A stretch of DNA of 26,551 nucleotides, taken from positions 1-26,551 of the IMG/VR virus record IMGVR_UViG_3300027808_000141, one strand, 5' to 3'. Position 1 is the first letter of the stretch. Every line of letters begins with the position of its first letter. The notes below the pieces were generated by a model. The model did not search any database. It had not been told where the DNA came from and worked only from the letters and a program-made list of their open reading frames with translations. Shown here one piece after another: positions 14,098 to 23,831 of the stretch. The translations under genes were made by a program, and so were the position numbers. This stretch comes from a virus. Its lineage: Duplodnaviria; Caudoviricetes.

Positions 14098-15089
14098 GTT
14101 AATCCACTCCCAGAAATTAACCAAGTTGTACTAGTCATCTTAATTGCAGTCGCTGAACCATACTGAGCCAAACTGCGTGAACCTGTAGTACCGGCACTGC
14201 TAAGATACATTGTGTCTGTGGTAATTGCAATGGTTACCACTTGGCTTGTCATGTTGATAAATGTGATTGCTGTGCCTAGTGGGTAGGCAACTGATGCGTT
14301 AGCAGGAATAGTAAATGTCCTTGCATTTGCGTCTGTTGAAGGGTGGAAGATTACTTTACCTGAGTCTGCCAGAACTGTTGTGTATGCTGCGCTGTTGCTG
14401 TTGATTGGTATGTTTCTAAAACCTATTGCATCCGTCCCGTCAACTGTGCAAGATGACAGTGTGCCGCTAGATGGTGTACCAAGTACGGGAGTTGTTAGCG
14501 TTGGGTTTGTCAGTGTCTTGTTGGTAAGCGTCTCTGAACCTGCCAATGTGCTTAGAGTCCCCGTTGTTGGAAATGTGACGTTGGTGGCTGCTGTCAGTGT
14601 TCTGGTATAGGCAAAGTTGCCAGAGCCTGTGACGGTCATAGCTGCGTTGTTTGCTACACCTGTGCCACCGTTATCTGCTGGTAGCGTTCCTGTCACACCT
14701 GTTGTCAGTGGCAGTCCTGTTGCATTGGTTAAAGTTCCACTAGATGGTGTCCCTAATGCCCCACTAGGAGCAATATAGTCAGTACCCGCTACAGCAGCAG
14801 ATATTGCCGTTGCATTGCCTTTTAGTACGCCTGTAATGGATGTTGTAAGCGTAATGGCTGGCGTTGTTGTAGCAGTTGCTACTGTCCCTGCAAAGCCATT
14901 TGCAGAGACAACACTTGCGCTGGTAACTGTGCCGCCAGAAACTGGAGCCGCCCACGTTGGTGCTGATGCACCTGCCGAGGTTAATACATAACCTACGGTT
15001 CCTGCTGATGTAAACGCTAATTCGGTTGCATTGCCATAGCCTACACCGCCAGCCGTTGGCGTATTGTTGCCGTTGATAATCACTGCCAT
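14094..15089 (-). CDS. Tail fibre-like protein
   Basis: Thr/Gly-rich, shares modules with the 722-aa fibre, TLTNKTLT motif, WLISGSGLT C-terminus; GGAG RBS. Confidence 0.8.
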   Translation of the reverse strand: MAVIINGNNTPTAGGVGYGNATELAFTSAGTVGYVLTSAGASAPTWAAPVSGGTVTSASVVSANGFAGTVATATTTPAITLTTSITGVLKGNATAISAAVAGTDYIAPSGALGTPSSGTLTNATGLPLTTGVTGTLPADNGGTGVANNAAMTVTGSGNFAYTRTLTAATNVTFPTTGTLSTLAGSETLTNKTLTNPTLTTPVLGTPSSGTLSSCTVDGTDAIGFRNIPINSNSAAYTTVLADSGKVIFHPSTDANARTFTIPANASVAYPLGTAITFINMTSQVVTIAITTDTMYLSSAGTTGSRSLAQYGSATAIKMTSTTWLISGSGLT

Positions 15090-15105
15090 TTTATTGCTCC
15101 AAAAA

Positions 15106-17274
15106 TTAAAGTATTACCCAGCGCTGATTTGGCTGCACTGTTACCGATACGCCAGTGTTTACAGTCATATAGCCCACGCTCATGCCGTTGCTGCCAACCG
15201 TAATGGTTCTATTTGCCGAGATTGTGTTTTCATTTTCCACAATTGGCGTTGCGCCGCCGCCAGACACTGTGGCCCAAACACCATCACCACGCCAAAATGT
15301 GCTTGAACTTGCAGATGTTCCAGAATTAAGATTAGTTACCGGAAGATTACCTGTCACGCCTGTAGTTAATGGCAAACCCGTAGCATTGGTAAGCGTGCCA
15401 GATGTTGGCGTGCCAAGAATAGGCGTAACCAAAGTCGGTGACGTTGATAAAACAGTATCGCCAGTTCCCGTGCTTGTTGTGACTCCAGTGCCACCATTTA
15501 CTACAGGCAAAGCCGTACCGGAATAAGTTATTGCCAGCGTGCCAGAGGTTGTAATTGGTGAGCCAGAAATACTAAAAACACTTGGAACTGTTGCTGCAAC
15601 GCTGGTGACTGTGCCTGATCCGCTTGCAGTTGAATTTACAGTTTGATTAGGCCAAGTGCCTGTAACGGTTACGTTTGTCCCCGCAACAATACTTGGAGTT
15701 GTTGTTCCCGTACCTCCATTTGCAACCGCTAATGTTCCTGCTAAAGTAACTGTCCCAGACGTAGTAATTGGCCCACCCGATGTAGTTAAGCCTGTTGTGC
15801 CGCCAGAAACATCTACGCTGGTAACTGTGCCAGAACTACTAGCAGTGGAATTAATTGTTTGATTGGGCCACGTGCCTGATACCGTCACATTAGTGCCAGC
15901 CACAATGCTAGGAGTTGTTGTGCCTGTGCCGCCATTTGCTACCGGCAAAGTACCTGTCACACCAGTGGATAACGGCAATCCTGTGATATTGGTAGCTGTG
16001 CCGCTGGCTGGCGTGCCTAGTGGCCCACCGTTGTCCAGCATTCTTACCCAAACCCCGCCGTGGGCAAAGAACATTGCCCCGTCTGCATGACTGTGGGCAA
16101 CAGCACCATGAGAAGTTGATGCGGCTGGAAACGCTGCCTGGTTAGCATAGTAAAACGGAATCATGCTTCCGACTTGCGGCGCTGTAATTGCACCATCATC
16201 GGCTACTGTTACCAAACTGTTTTGAATTATTTTTCCGGTTGTCAGATCAAATCTTGAAATAGCATTGTCAGTTGCTGACGCTGGGCCAACTACATCGCCA
16301 GTACCGCTTGCTGTTGAATTAATTGTTTGATTAGGCCATGTCCCGCTAACTGTGACATTTGTGCCAGCCACGATGCTAGGGGTAGTCGTCCCGGTGCCGC
16401 CGTTGGCAACTGGTAGCGTGCCAGTAACGCCTGTAGTTAGCGGCAGTCCCGTGGTGTTAGTCAGCGTGCCGCTTGCCGGTGTGCCTAATGCGCCGCTAGG
16501 TGCTAAATAGTCTGTCCCTGCGGTTGCTGCGCTAATTGCCGTGCCGTTGCCTTTTAATACGCCAGTGATGCTGGTAGACAAAGTAATTGAAGGCGTTGAT
16601 GTAGCCGTAGCAACAGTACCAGCCAAGCCATTGGCAGATACTACCGAAACAGATGTGACTGTGCCAGCAGAGCCACTTGCAGCCGCTGTAAGCCGTCCTT
16701 GGGCATCAACAGTAATGTTAGCTGCGGTATAGCTTCCTGCGGTAACAGCAGTGTTTGCAAGGGCTACAGTGCCGGTTGTGGTAATTGGCCCACCTGTCAA
16801 ACCAGTGCCGGTTGCCACACTAGTGACTGTGCCGCTGCCGCTGGCTGTTGAGTTAATGGTTTGATTGGGCCAACTGCCGCTTACTGTCACGTTTGTACCT
16901 GCGACGATTGCAGGCGTTGCGGTGCCAGAGCCGCCGTTTGCCACCGGCAATATGCCAGTGACTGCTGTTGTCAAAGGCAGGCCGGTAGCGTTTGTCAAGA
17001 CGCCAGATGCTGGTGTGCCAAGTGCCGGGGTTATTAAAGTCGGTGATGTATTTAAGACAACTGAGCCTGTGCCCGTACTGGTAGCTACGCCTGTGCCGCC
17101 TTGCGCTACCGCAATTTGGCCCGAGATCATTGCTGTCGTGACAACGCCAGTAGAGCCTGTGCCGACAATATTTCCAGACGTTGCAGGCAGATTAAGCGTT
17201 ACCGTTGTTGCAGTAGCGGGGCCAACTAAATCGGCAACGCCGCCAAGCGCAGATTCAAATGTAATTTTTGCCAT
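15106..17274 (-). CDS. Repetitive tail fibre protein
   Basis: Repeated LPVANGGTG, LGTPxSGTLTNATGLPLTTGVTG and TPSIVAGTNVTVSGTWPNQTINSTAS modules. Confidence 0.85.
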   Translation of the reverse strand: MAKITFESALGGVADLVGPATATTVTLNLPATSGNIVGTGSTGVVTTAMISGQIAVAQGGTGVATSTGTGSVVLNTSPTLITPALGTPASGVLTNATGLPLTTAVTGILPVANGGSGTATPAIVAGTNVTVSGSWPNQTINSTASGSGTVTSVATGTGLTGGPITTTGTVALANTAVTAGSYTAANITVDAQGRLTAAASGSAGTVTSVSVVSANGLAGTVATATSTPSITLSTSITGVLKGNGTAISAATAGTDYLAPSGALGTPASGTLTNTTGLPLTTGVTGTLPVANGGTGTTTPSIVAGTNVTVSGTWPNQTINSTASGTGDVVGPASATDNAISRFDLTTGKIIQNSLVTVADDGAITAPQVGSMIPFYYANQAAFPAASTSHGAVAHSHADGAMFFAHGGVWVRMLDNGGPLGTPASGTATNITGLPLSTGVTGTLPVANGGTGTTTPSIVAGTNVTVSGTWPNQTINSTASSSGTVTSVDVSGGTTGLTTSGGPITTSGTVTLAGTLAVANGGTGTTTPSIVAGTNVTVTGTWPNQTVNSTASGSGTVTSVAATVPSVFSISGSPITTSGTLAITYSGTALPVVNGGTGVTTSTGTGDTVLSTSPTLVTPILGTPTSGTLTNATGLPLTTGVTGNLPVTNLNSGTSASSSTFWRGDGVWATVSGGGATPIVENENTISANRTITVGSNGMSVGYMTVNTGVSVTVQPNQRWVIL

Positions 17275-17280
17275 GATTTT

Positions 17281-18102
17281 TTACGGGCCAATAATTAGTT
17301 GAGAAACCGTTAACGCACCTGTAGACGGGTTGTATTTTAATTTTGTAGAGGATGCGTAGCCGGTTGTCAAATTACCACTTGTCGCATCAGCAAATAATGG
17401 ATAACGCACTGCATTAGTTGTAATGTCGTTTGAGATTGTGGCGTATTGGGTTGAAGTGAATCCGCTTGGATTTGTTGCTGGATAAGCGCCAAGGGCAGTC
17501 AAAGCCGTTGCCGCTGATGTTGCGCCTGTACCACCGTTGGCTATTGGCAAAGCCGTGCCCGAGTAGCTGATTGCAATGGTGCCGCTTGTCGTAATTGGCG
17601 AGCCAGCAACCGATAAAAAAGCAGGTACTGTAGCGGCAACACTTGTAACCGTCCCGCTGCCGCCACCGCTTGATGCTGCTGTGATTCGGCCTTGGGCGTC
17701 AACAGTCAAATTTGTTGAAGTGTAGGTGCCAGCAGTTACTGCCGTATTTGCCAAAGCAACCGTGCCCGATGTGGTTATTGGGCCTCCTGTCAAACCTGTG
17801 CCCGTGGCGACAGATGTAACAGTGCCCAAGCCGCCAGCCGTTACCCAATTTGTGTCGTAATCTACTGAACTTAATTTGGCAAGCACTTGGCCCACCGTAC
17901 CACCAACAACAACGCCTGCGCCAGTGGCTCCCGTGGCACCCGTGGCACCCGTGGCTCCAGTGGCCCCTGTTGCTCCAGTAGCGCCTGCTGCACCTGTTGG
18001 GCCAGCCACGCCTCTGTCAACCGTAACAATTTGAGTTATTGGCGGTGTTACAACTACGTTAATATTGTTGCCATCGGCAACGCTAACTGCGATATTAGCC
18101 AT
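17281..18102 (-). CDS. Collagen-repeat fibre protein
   Basis: (GAT)n Gly-X-Y run followed by modules shared with the 722-aa fibre. Confidence 0.8.
   Translation of the reverse strand: MANIAVSVADGNNINVVVTPPITQIVTVDRGVAGPTGAAGATGATGATGATGATGATGATGAGVVVGGTVGQVLAKLSSVDYDTNWVTAGGLGTVTSVATGTGLTGGPITTSGTVALANTAVTAGTYTSTNLTVDAQGRITAASSGGGSGTVTSVAATVPAFLSVAGSPITTSGTIAISYSGTALPIANGGTGATSAATALTALGAYPATNPSGFTSTQYATISNDITTNAVRYPLFADATSGNLTTGYASSTKLKYNPSTGALTVSQLIIGP
17920..18003 (-). repeat. 9-bp coding tandem repeat (collagen-like Gly-Ala-Thr)
   Basis: CCnGTGGCn units on the plus strand. Confidence 0.85.
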
Positions 18103-18587
18103 CAGTTTGTCACTCCATCTGAGCGTACCAAGAACAGCAAGAAAATTATGCTGTCATCAGCAGGCGTTGTACCAGATGCGGGAAAAGCTATTTTTAGTCT
18201 GCCGCTGAATCCCACGCAGTTTGTTGCATTAATGTCTAACTGCGTATCGTTGGATGCCACGCTCCAAGTTGATTCGTCAATTAGCAGGGTAAAAGTGCCA
18301 GCCGCATTAACACGGTTGGAGATTGTCAAAGCAATTGCGCTGGGTGTTGTAACCGTGTAATCGGCAATGTCAAACGTCAACCCATTGCGAGTGTCAATAA
18401 TGTTTGTGACTGATCGGCGCAAAATTGACGCATCAATTGTGGCACCCGTCAAATTAACAGCAGTGCCAGCCGTATCGGTAAGCGCAAGATTCCAGTACGT
18501 TTGCTGGTTGTAAACCAACTCGCCAGCAATGATGCTGTTGCTAAAGCCGCTGACTTGCGCCAGGGTATTCTTGTTAAAGATTGCCAA
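18102..18587 (-). CDS. BppU-like fibre attachment/baseplate protein
   Basis: TTG start with GGGGA RBS; DTAGTAVNLTGATI, beta-rich; first gene of the fibre block. Confidence 0.6.
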   Translation of the reverse strand: MAIFNKNTLAQVSGFSNSIIAGELVYNQQTYWNLALTDTAGTAVNLTGATIDASILRRSVTNIIDTRNGLTFDIADYTVTTPSAIALTISNRVNAAGTFTLLIDESTWSVASNDTQLDINATNCVGFSGRLKIAFPASGTTPADDSIIFLLFLVRSDGVTN

Positions 18588-18684
18588 GACTGATTCCCCT
18601 TCCTCGGGTAGTGACGCTCCCTGCTAACTCGCAGGGCTACGATTCTTGTACTGTAATTCTACCCGCAAAGATAGATGCAAGCAA
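18588..18684 (-). promoter_or_regulatory. Internal sigma70-type promoter and structured leader
   Basis: TTGCTT (18684-18679), 17-bp spacer, TAGAAT (18661-18656); leader hairpin GTAG-CCCTGC-gagtta-GCAGGG-(7 nt)-CTAC. Confidence 0.55.
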
Positions 18685-21600
18685 CTTGTTTAACCTCAGT
18701 TGACGAAATAAAAGTCACATTTTCTCGTGATTTTGCCACGGTTATGCTTCTAACAATGTCGTCCGGTTGTTTCATGCCCTTGCCAGGCATTGAACTTGTT
18801 ACGATCATATCGCCAATTTGCAGGTTGCCACCTTCTCCGCATACGTTAATTTGTCCTTCTCCTAAGGCATTCATCGTAATAACTTTGTGCGTAAGTGCAA
18901 GGGATGCTACTTCCGGTTTTGGATTAACGGTTACTATTTCACGTTCGGTTTCTATGCCCATTTCCATGACTGTCTCAATAGTAATTGTTGGATCATCTTT
19001 TAAAGCAGCAGGTAAAAATTCAACATCAAGCAGCCGTGAACTTCCCACCAACATTCCCACAACGCCTTTTTGATTTGGGCTGCTGCTAGTTTCCACAAAA
19101 CATATTGTGTTGCTAAAATTTTTGCGTGCTGCAACTCCGCAATCTATAACAATGTCGCCTTCAGTTATTGTTGCATCTATAGGTATAAGCGCATCGTGCG
19201 CCCCAGTAAATGGCCCATAGTTAACGCCTGCCCCGTCTGCATAAAAATCGTAATTTATTGTGGTGCCTACAATGCCGCTTGTATTTAAATTTCCTGTAGC
19301 GCCACCAAAGCATTGCCCCAAGATTGCGTGACTAGCACCACCATATGATGCATTACCTCGTCCATAAATGCCGACATTATTGCAAAGGGCATTCATGAAT
19401 ATGCCAGTATAAGCCGCATCGGAATTTGAACTATACATATATCCCGAGCGAATATTTCCACTAAATATATCGCCGATCAGCATACTGCCGTAAGTGTGGA
19501 TAGCCCAATCATTAACAGTAATTCCAGTGATGTTTAATGCAATTGGCACAGCACCGGAACTTTGTCCTAATCTTATTACAAAACCATTTGTCGATGTCAT
19601 TGTATAAGTGTTGGAACTTATTGAACCTGCTGTAATTGTTCCAAGATCGGCGCTAATTGCTGATAGATTGCCAACTTTTAAATTTGATAAATATGGCGTG
19701 TTCCAGATTGTTTGATTAGCAACGGGATAATAAATGCCATCGCTTTGGAACATTGCCTGCGCTGCGCCAGGAGTTTGCACGGCATAAGAAAATGCGGTTG
19801 CAGACGTAGGCGAGAAACTGGTTGTGTTTGGCAAACCCGTTCCAGCAATAGTGACTGCCGAGCCGGTGACTGTTGGATTGCCAGCGTATATGGCGTAGCA
19901 GATCACTGCGCTGTTGCCAGTGTTTCCTGTAGCACCTGTGGCACCTGTTGCGCCTGTGCTTCCTGTAGCCCCGTTCTGAGCAATTGCTTGCACGCTAAAG
20001 CCGCTGGCCCATGACACAGTTGTCGTTGTCGTCCCGGCAGATGCTGAGATACTGGTGCTGGCTTGCCAAAGGTAAGTGCTTGCCGTGCCTGGGTTAGCAG
20101 GTATTGTTACCGTCCAGCCGTTGCCGCCTGTGTACGATGCGTTCGATGCGGTTGCCCATGTCCACGTTGAGTTACCGCTAGGATTGCCTGGCGTGCTGTT
20201 TGCCCACTGATATAGATACACGATTGCCGTTTGCGTGCCTACAGTACCCGTAGGTGCCCAGACTAGCCCAGAACTTGTGCCGCTAATTTGCGATTGCGAA
20301 ATATCGTTTGCAGCAATAAACCCAAAATAATATGTCCCGGCTGGCAAGATTAAATTTAAAAATGTAAATGTCGTGCTTGGCGTCAATGGTGTTGATGCTG
20401 ACGAAACAAAAGTATCCAGCAAAGTCCACTGGCTTGCGGTTGGTGATGCAAATGTGGAATAAAACAATGTCAGTCTTGTTGTCCGTCCTATGCTTGGCGT
20501 CGTAATTTGAATGTCAAATGACGGCACATTGTTTGTCGGGCGTGATGCGCTTACTACTGGTGCGCTAAGTGCCGAAAAGAAACTAGCCGAAGATAAATTG
20601 CTGTTAGGTGCTGGGCTGTATTGAGTAATTGCAACATCGTCATAAACGGCAGCGTTGTATTCTGACAATTCTAGGCTTGCGCCAAGATTGCCGTCTGGCA
20701 AAGATATCTCGCTGACTTTCATTGCCCGAAATAACTTAGCACTCCAGCCGTAGCTAGTGTTTGTAATCGACACCACATCGCCAGCATCTAGTTGTATAGC
20801 GGGATATGCTGCGTTGATGGTGACAATTAAATCTTCTCTGGCCTGCTCAAGCACTCGGTTTGCCAGATAACTAACTTGCACAGACTCGTTTATCAAGTCA
20901 AAATTGCAGGAAAATTTATTGATCGGCTCGTTGGCATATAGCAAATTAGCCGGGGTTTCTAAATAAACCAGATCCCTTTGATCTCGGTTTACTTTGTTAG
21001 GGAATTGCGCTTCAATTTGATTGATTGAGTTTGTAATGTCTGTCAGACTGACTTTAATTTCGCCAATGATGTTTGTGTCATCAAAAGCGTAGGATGTGCT
21101 TTCTGCTTTATTGATGACAATTGACCATTTACCAAAAGTTGCGTTATAAGCATTCCAAGAATCGCAGGCCAGCATAATGCGATCGATGTTAGCTAAGACA
21201 TTTTGCCCCGTGTCTAGGACGCCGTTGATGCGATACCTAGCCTGGGTTGCAGGGTTGCCGCTGCTATTAGTAAAAGTAATCGTCTGATCGGCATAGGTGT
21301 TAAGTGCTGTTGCTGACGCGCTGTCAATCAAACCTGCCACCATGCCGCCGCCGTATACATCATTGCCCAAATAATCTGCCCAAACATCGCCAGGTTTTGC
21401 AACGCCAGTGCCATTTAGATTTTGCGTGACGTTAAAGGTAATTGGCTGTAGATTTGTTGTGCCAGCATCTTGGCTGTAAATAAGTTTAACAATTGCAAAG
21501 GCCAGCCCGTTCATTTGCCGGGTTCCTGTCCAGCGTTCAGCAGATGCAATGTCAGAGCCGCCCATGTAAGTGCTTGGCGCTGTGCCAGTGACGTTTGTGA

Positions 21601-22081
21601 TTACCCCTGCATTGGTAGAAGTGTACAAATTGATAAAAAGAAAACCATTGATTTTTGTATCAACATTGCCAGCACCGTCTGTTAAGCTGACAACTTTGGT
21701 TAAATCGCTGCCATCAAAAGCAACCAAACGGTCGCCGTAATAAAACTGTGTGCGATCAAAACTAAATTGCCCATTAGGGCTAATGCTGCTAATTGCCAGC
21801 ACGTAGTACATTGTTTTTTGATCTGTGGTTAAAACAGCATCGACAAATGTGCCGCCCATAAAGGCGCTGCCATAAACAATTGGAATTGAGTTGGTGGTGT
21901 TGGGTGCTACCTGCTGTCTAACGCCTTGATCTACGGGTTGATTTGCTGATGGATCATTTGGCGCAAAAATCCGACTGACAATGTAGCTAACGGCAAAATT
22001 TACAGCAAAACTTGATACTGCTACCGCAATAGCGCTGCCACCTAATAGCGCAGCGCCAGCCGCAATAATTGTTGCAACCAT
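18659..22081 (-). CDS. Tail tip / host specificity protein (lambda J-like)
   Basis: IPIVYG near the N-terminus, RYRINGVLD, AIQLDAGDVV, SAISADLGTITAG; C-terminal FTGAH...GEGQINV...GDMIVTS domain. Confidence 0.85.
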   Translation of the reverse strand: MVATIIAAGAALLGGSAIAVAVSSFAVNFAVSYIVSRIFAPNDPSANQPVDQGVRQQVAPNTTNSIPIVYGSAFMGGTFVDAVLTTDQKTMYYVLAISSISPNGQFSFDRTQFYYGDRLVAFDGSDLTKVVSLTDGAGNVDTKINGFLFINLYTSTNAGVITNVTGTAPSTYMGGSDIASAERWTGTRQMNGLAFAIVKLIYSQDAGTTNLQPITFNVTQNLNGTGVAKPGDVWADYLGNDVYGGGMVAGLIDSASATALNTYADQTITFTNSSGNPATQARYRINGVLDTGQNVLANIDRIMLACDSWNAYNATFGKWSIVINKAESTSYAFDDTNIIGEIKVSLTDITNSINQIEAQFPNKVNRDQRDLVYLETPANLLYANEPINKFSCNFDLINESVQVSYLANRVLEQAREDLIVTINAAYPAIQLDAGDVVSITNTSYGWSAKLFRAMKVSEISLPDGNLGASLELSEYNAAVYDDVAITQYSPAPNSNLSSASFFSALSAPVVSASRPTNNVPSFDIQITTPSIGRTTRLTLFYSTFASPTASQWTLLDTFVSSASTPLTPSTTFTFLNLILPAGTYYFGFIAANDISQSQISGTSSGLVWAPTGTVGTQTAIVYLYQWANSTPGNPSGNSTWTWATASNASYTGGNGWTVTIPANPGTASTYLWQASTSISASAGTTTTTVSWASGFSVQAIAQNGATGSTGATGATGATGNTGNSAVICYAIYAGNPTVTGSAVTIAGTGLPNTTSFSPTSATAFSYAVQTPGAAQAMFQSDGIYYPVANQTIWNTPYLSNLKVGNLSAISADLGTITAGSISSNTYTMTSTNGFVIRLGQSSGAVPIALNITGITVNDWAIHTYGSMLIGDIFSGNIRSGYMYSSNSDAAYTGIFMNALCNNVGIYGRGNASYGGASHAILGQCFGGATGNLNTSGIVGTTINYDFYADGAGVNYGPFTGAHDALIPIDATITEGDIVIDCGVAARKNFSNTICFVETSSSPNQKGVVGMLVGSSRLLDVEFLPAALKDDPTITIETVMEMGIETEREIVTVNPKPEVASLALTHKVITMNALGEGQINVCGEGGNLQIGDMIVTSSMPGKGMKQPDDIVRSITVAKSRENVTFISSTEVKQVACIYLCG

Positions 22082-22531
22082 TTAATGCACCCTAAAGAAT
22101 GTGGCTTGCATTGGAGCATAACCTCGTTTGGTGTAATCAATCCATGAGTTGTTAGCCATCACAGCGGTGACTGCTACATCAATGCGCCCATCGTCAATTA
22201 AGTCTGTTGCCAGCCGATCAAATTCTTTCCAAAGCCTGCCGCCCACGGTTCCGTTTCTATGTTCTGGTTTAACCCACCAGGCCAGTTCGTGCAGTTCGTA
22301 AACTTCTGGGCACCAGACATTGGTAGTAATCAGTGCCGCAATAAAACCTCTTGACTCGTTGTCAATCAACACAAAGCCACGCCCTGCCATCATTTGCGTC
22401 ATTAAGTTGGCAACGTGCGCCTCATCATGTGCTGCTGCCGCTTGCAATGCTGGCACAGGCGTCTGAGTGCTGTAGTCCCGCATCATTTGTAGCAATGCAG
22501 GCATATCGTGCTTGTTAGCTTCACGAATCAT
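22082..22531 (-). CDS. GNAT-fold acetyltransferase-like protein
   Basis: MIREANKHD, ELAWWVKPEHRNGTVGGRL (acetyl-CoA binding motif A), YTKRGY. Confidence 0.8.
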   Translation of the reverse strand: MIREANKHDMPALLQMMRDYSTQTPVPALQAAAAHDEAHVANLMTQMMAGRGFVLIDNESRGFIAALITTNVWCPEVYELHELAWWVKPEHRNGTVGGRLWKEFDRLATDLIDDGRIDVAVTAVMANNSWIDYTKRGYAPMQATFFRVH

Positions 22532-23184
22532 CCGCTATCCCTCCCGCCGCCTTCAACTACCGTTGTTTGCACGTTTGAAGTATTGCTACTTACAGTTGCA
22601 GACTGCGGCGGCTTGCCAAAATCAAAATACGTGGCTGCAATCACCGGCACTCGGTTCATGCTAGTGTCGCTTGGGTAAATAAAATTCCACGCCTTGGGAG
22701 TCGTTTTAATGCCTTGGATGCGGTTCTCTAGGATGGTTCTAAAGCTGGCGCAGGTAATGCCAACCGTGGCAATTCTCGTTCTTAGCTGATCGTTAAAATC
22801 TTCGGTGATTGAGCAATTACTAACAATGCCGGTATATCGTGTAAACCATTGCTGGCTTGGAGTCATAATAATTTGATTATTGCTATCTAAAAATCCACGA
22901 TAAACAAATATTTCACTGCCTTTAATATTGGCTGCAAGTACTAGCGCAACATTAGTACCGTCTACACCAGTAAGAGAAATTGCTAAATCTGCGCTGCTGG
23001 CTTTGATGTTTCTGTCAATTGCGCTAATACTTAACAAGCTGCCCAAGTTGCTAAACGTCATGCCGCTTACAGTAATGGGCGCTGCGGCATTGCAAAAATA
23101 ATAAGTTTGCGTGCTTGTAACTAGCCGAATAAATTCGGCTTGGATAATGGATGGGCTGCTCAATGCAGCCATTGTGGTAGTCAT
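22528..23184 (-). CDS. Tail hub / minor tail protein (DUF2163 or gpL-like position)
   Basis: Position between distal tail and tip; LGSLLSIS, ISLTGVD, VYRGF. Confidence 0.65.
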   Translation of the reverse strand: MTTTMAALSSPSIIQAEFIRLVTSTQTYYFCNAAAPITVSGMTFSNLGSLLSISAIDRNIKASSADLAISLTGVDGTNVALVLAANIKGSEIFVYRGFLDSNNQIIMTPSQQWFTRYTGIVSNCSITEDFNDQLRTRIATVGITCASFRTILENRIQGIKTTPKAWNFIYPSDTSMNRVPVIAATYFDFGKPPQSATVSSNTSNVQTTVVEGGGRDSG

Positions 23185-23831
23185 CCGACAATGTCCTCAA
23201 TAAACACAAAGTCACCGTCCCACTGGACAAATGCGCCCGAAGTCATCGGGTTAAGTGTGTAAGTAGGACATTGTGCCGCCAGCAGATAAAACGTGCAGGC
23301 CGAGCCAACTGCTGTTAATGTGCCTGTTGTGGGCGTGCCAATTACAGGGCGGTGCAAGGTGACGCTGACTGTAGAGCCGCCGCCTCGCAAAACCTCGGCG
23401 GTGACTTTGTACGGGTACACGCCAATCTGTAAAAAATCACCCGCCGCAAACACCACAGTACCTGCTGAAACGCTTGGCAGGTTGCCGACTGTGATTGTTG
23501 TGGCGTTGGCTGCTGGCACTGCTGCAAGCGTTAGGGCTGCTGCCTGCCCACTTGTCAAGCCGCCTTTGTAATCGTCAAACCAACTTAGCAAGCTGCTGGC
23601 AAAGGTAATTGTCTCGGGCAGTTGACGATCTTTGTTGTCAATCACTTGGATGATGCCACGTACTTGCGGATAGTACAGATACGAATGTGGCCTGACGGTA
23701 AATGACCACGGCACAGACGTTAAATATTCAGCAACCCGCACCTGGCCTGATCTGCTGACTTGCTGGCCGACAGTGCGCCGATTCTGAACGCTGATGCTTT
23801 GGCTAATCTCAAAAATAGTTTGAAAACTCAT
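23181..23831 (-). CDS. Distal tail protein (putative)
   Basis: Immediately follows the tape measure with an ATGA overlap; beta-rich, F.FIED ending. Confidence 0.65.
   Translation of the reverse strand: MSFQTIFEISQSISVQNRRTVGQQVSRSGQVRVAEYLTSVPWSFTVRPHSYLYYPQVRGIIQVIDNKDRQLPETITFASSLLSWFDDYKGGLTSGQAAALTLAAVPAANATTITVGNLPSVSAGTVVFAAGDFLQIGVYPYKVTAEVLRGGGSTVSVTLHRPVIGTPTTGTLTAVGSACTFYLLAAQCPTYTLNPMTSGAFVQWDGDFVFIEDIVG

Noticed and set aside
13216-22081. Diversity-generating retroelement or invertase-driven fibre switching
   Set aside because: No reverse transcriptase or invertase in the window; repeat copies differ at synonymous positions rather than specifically at adenines.
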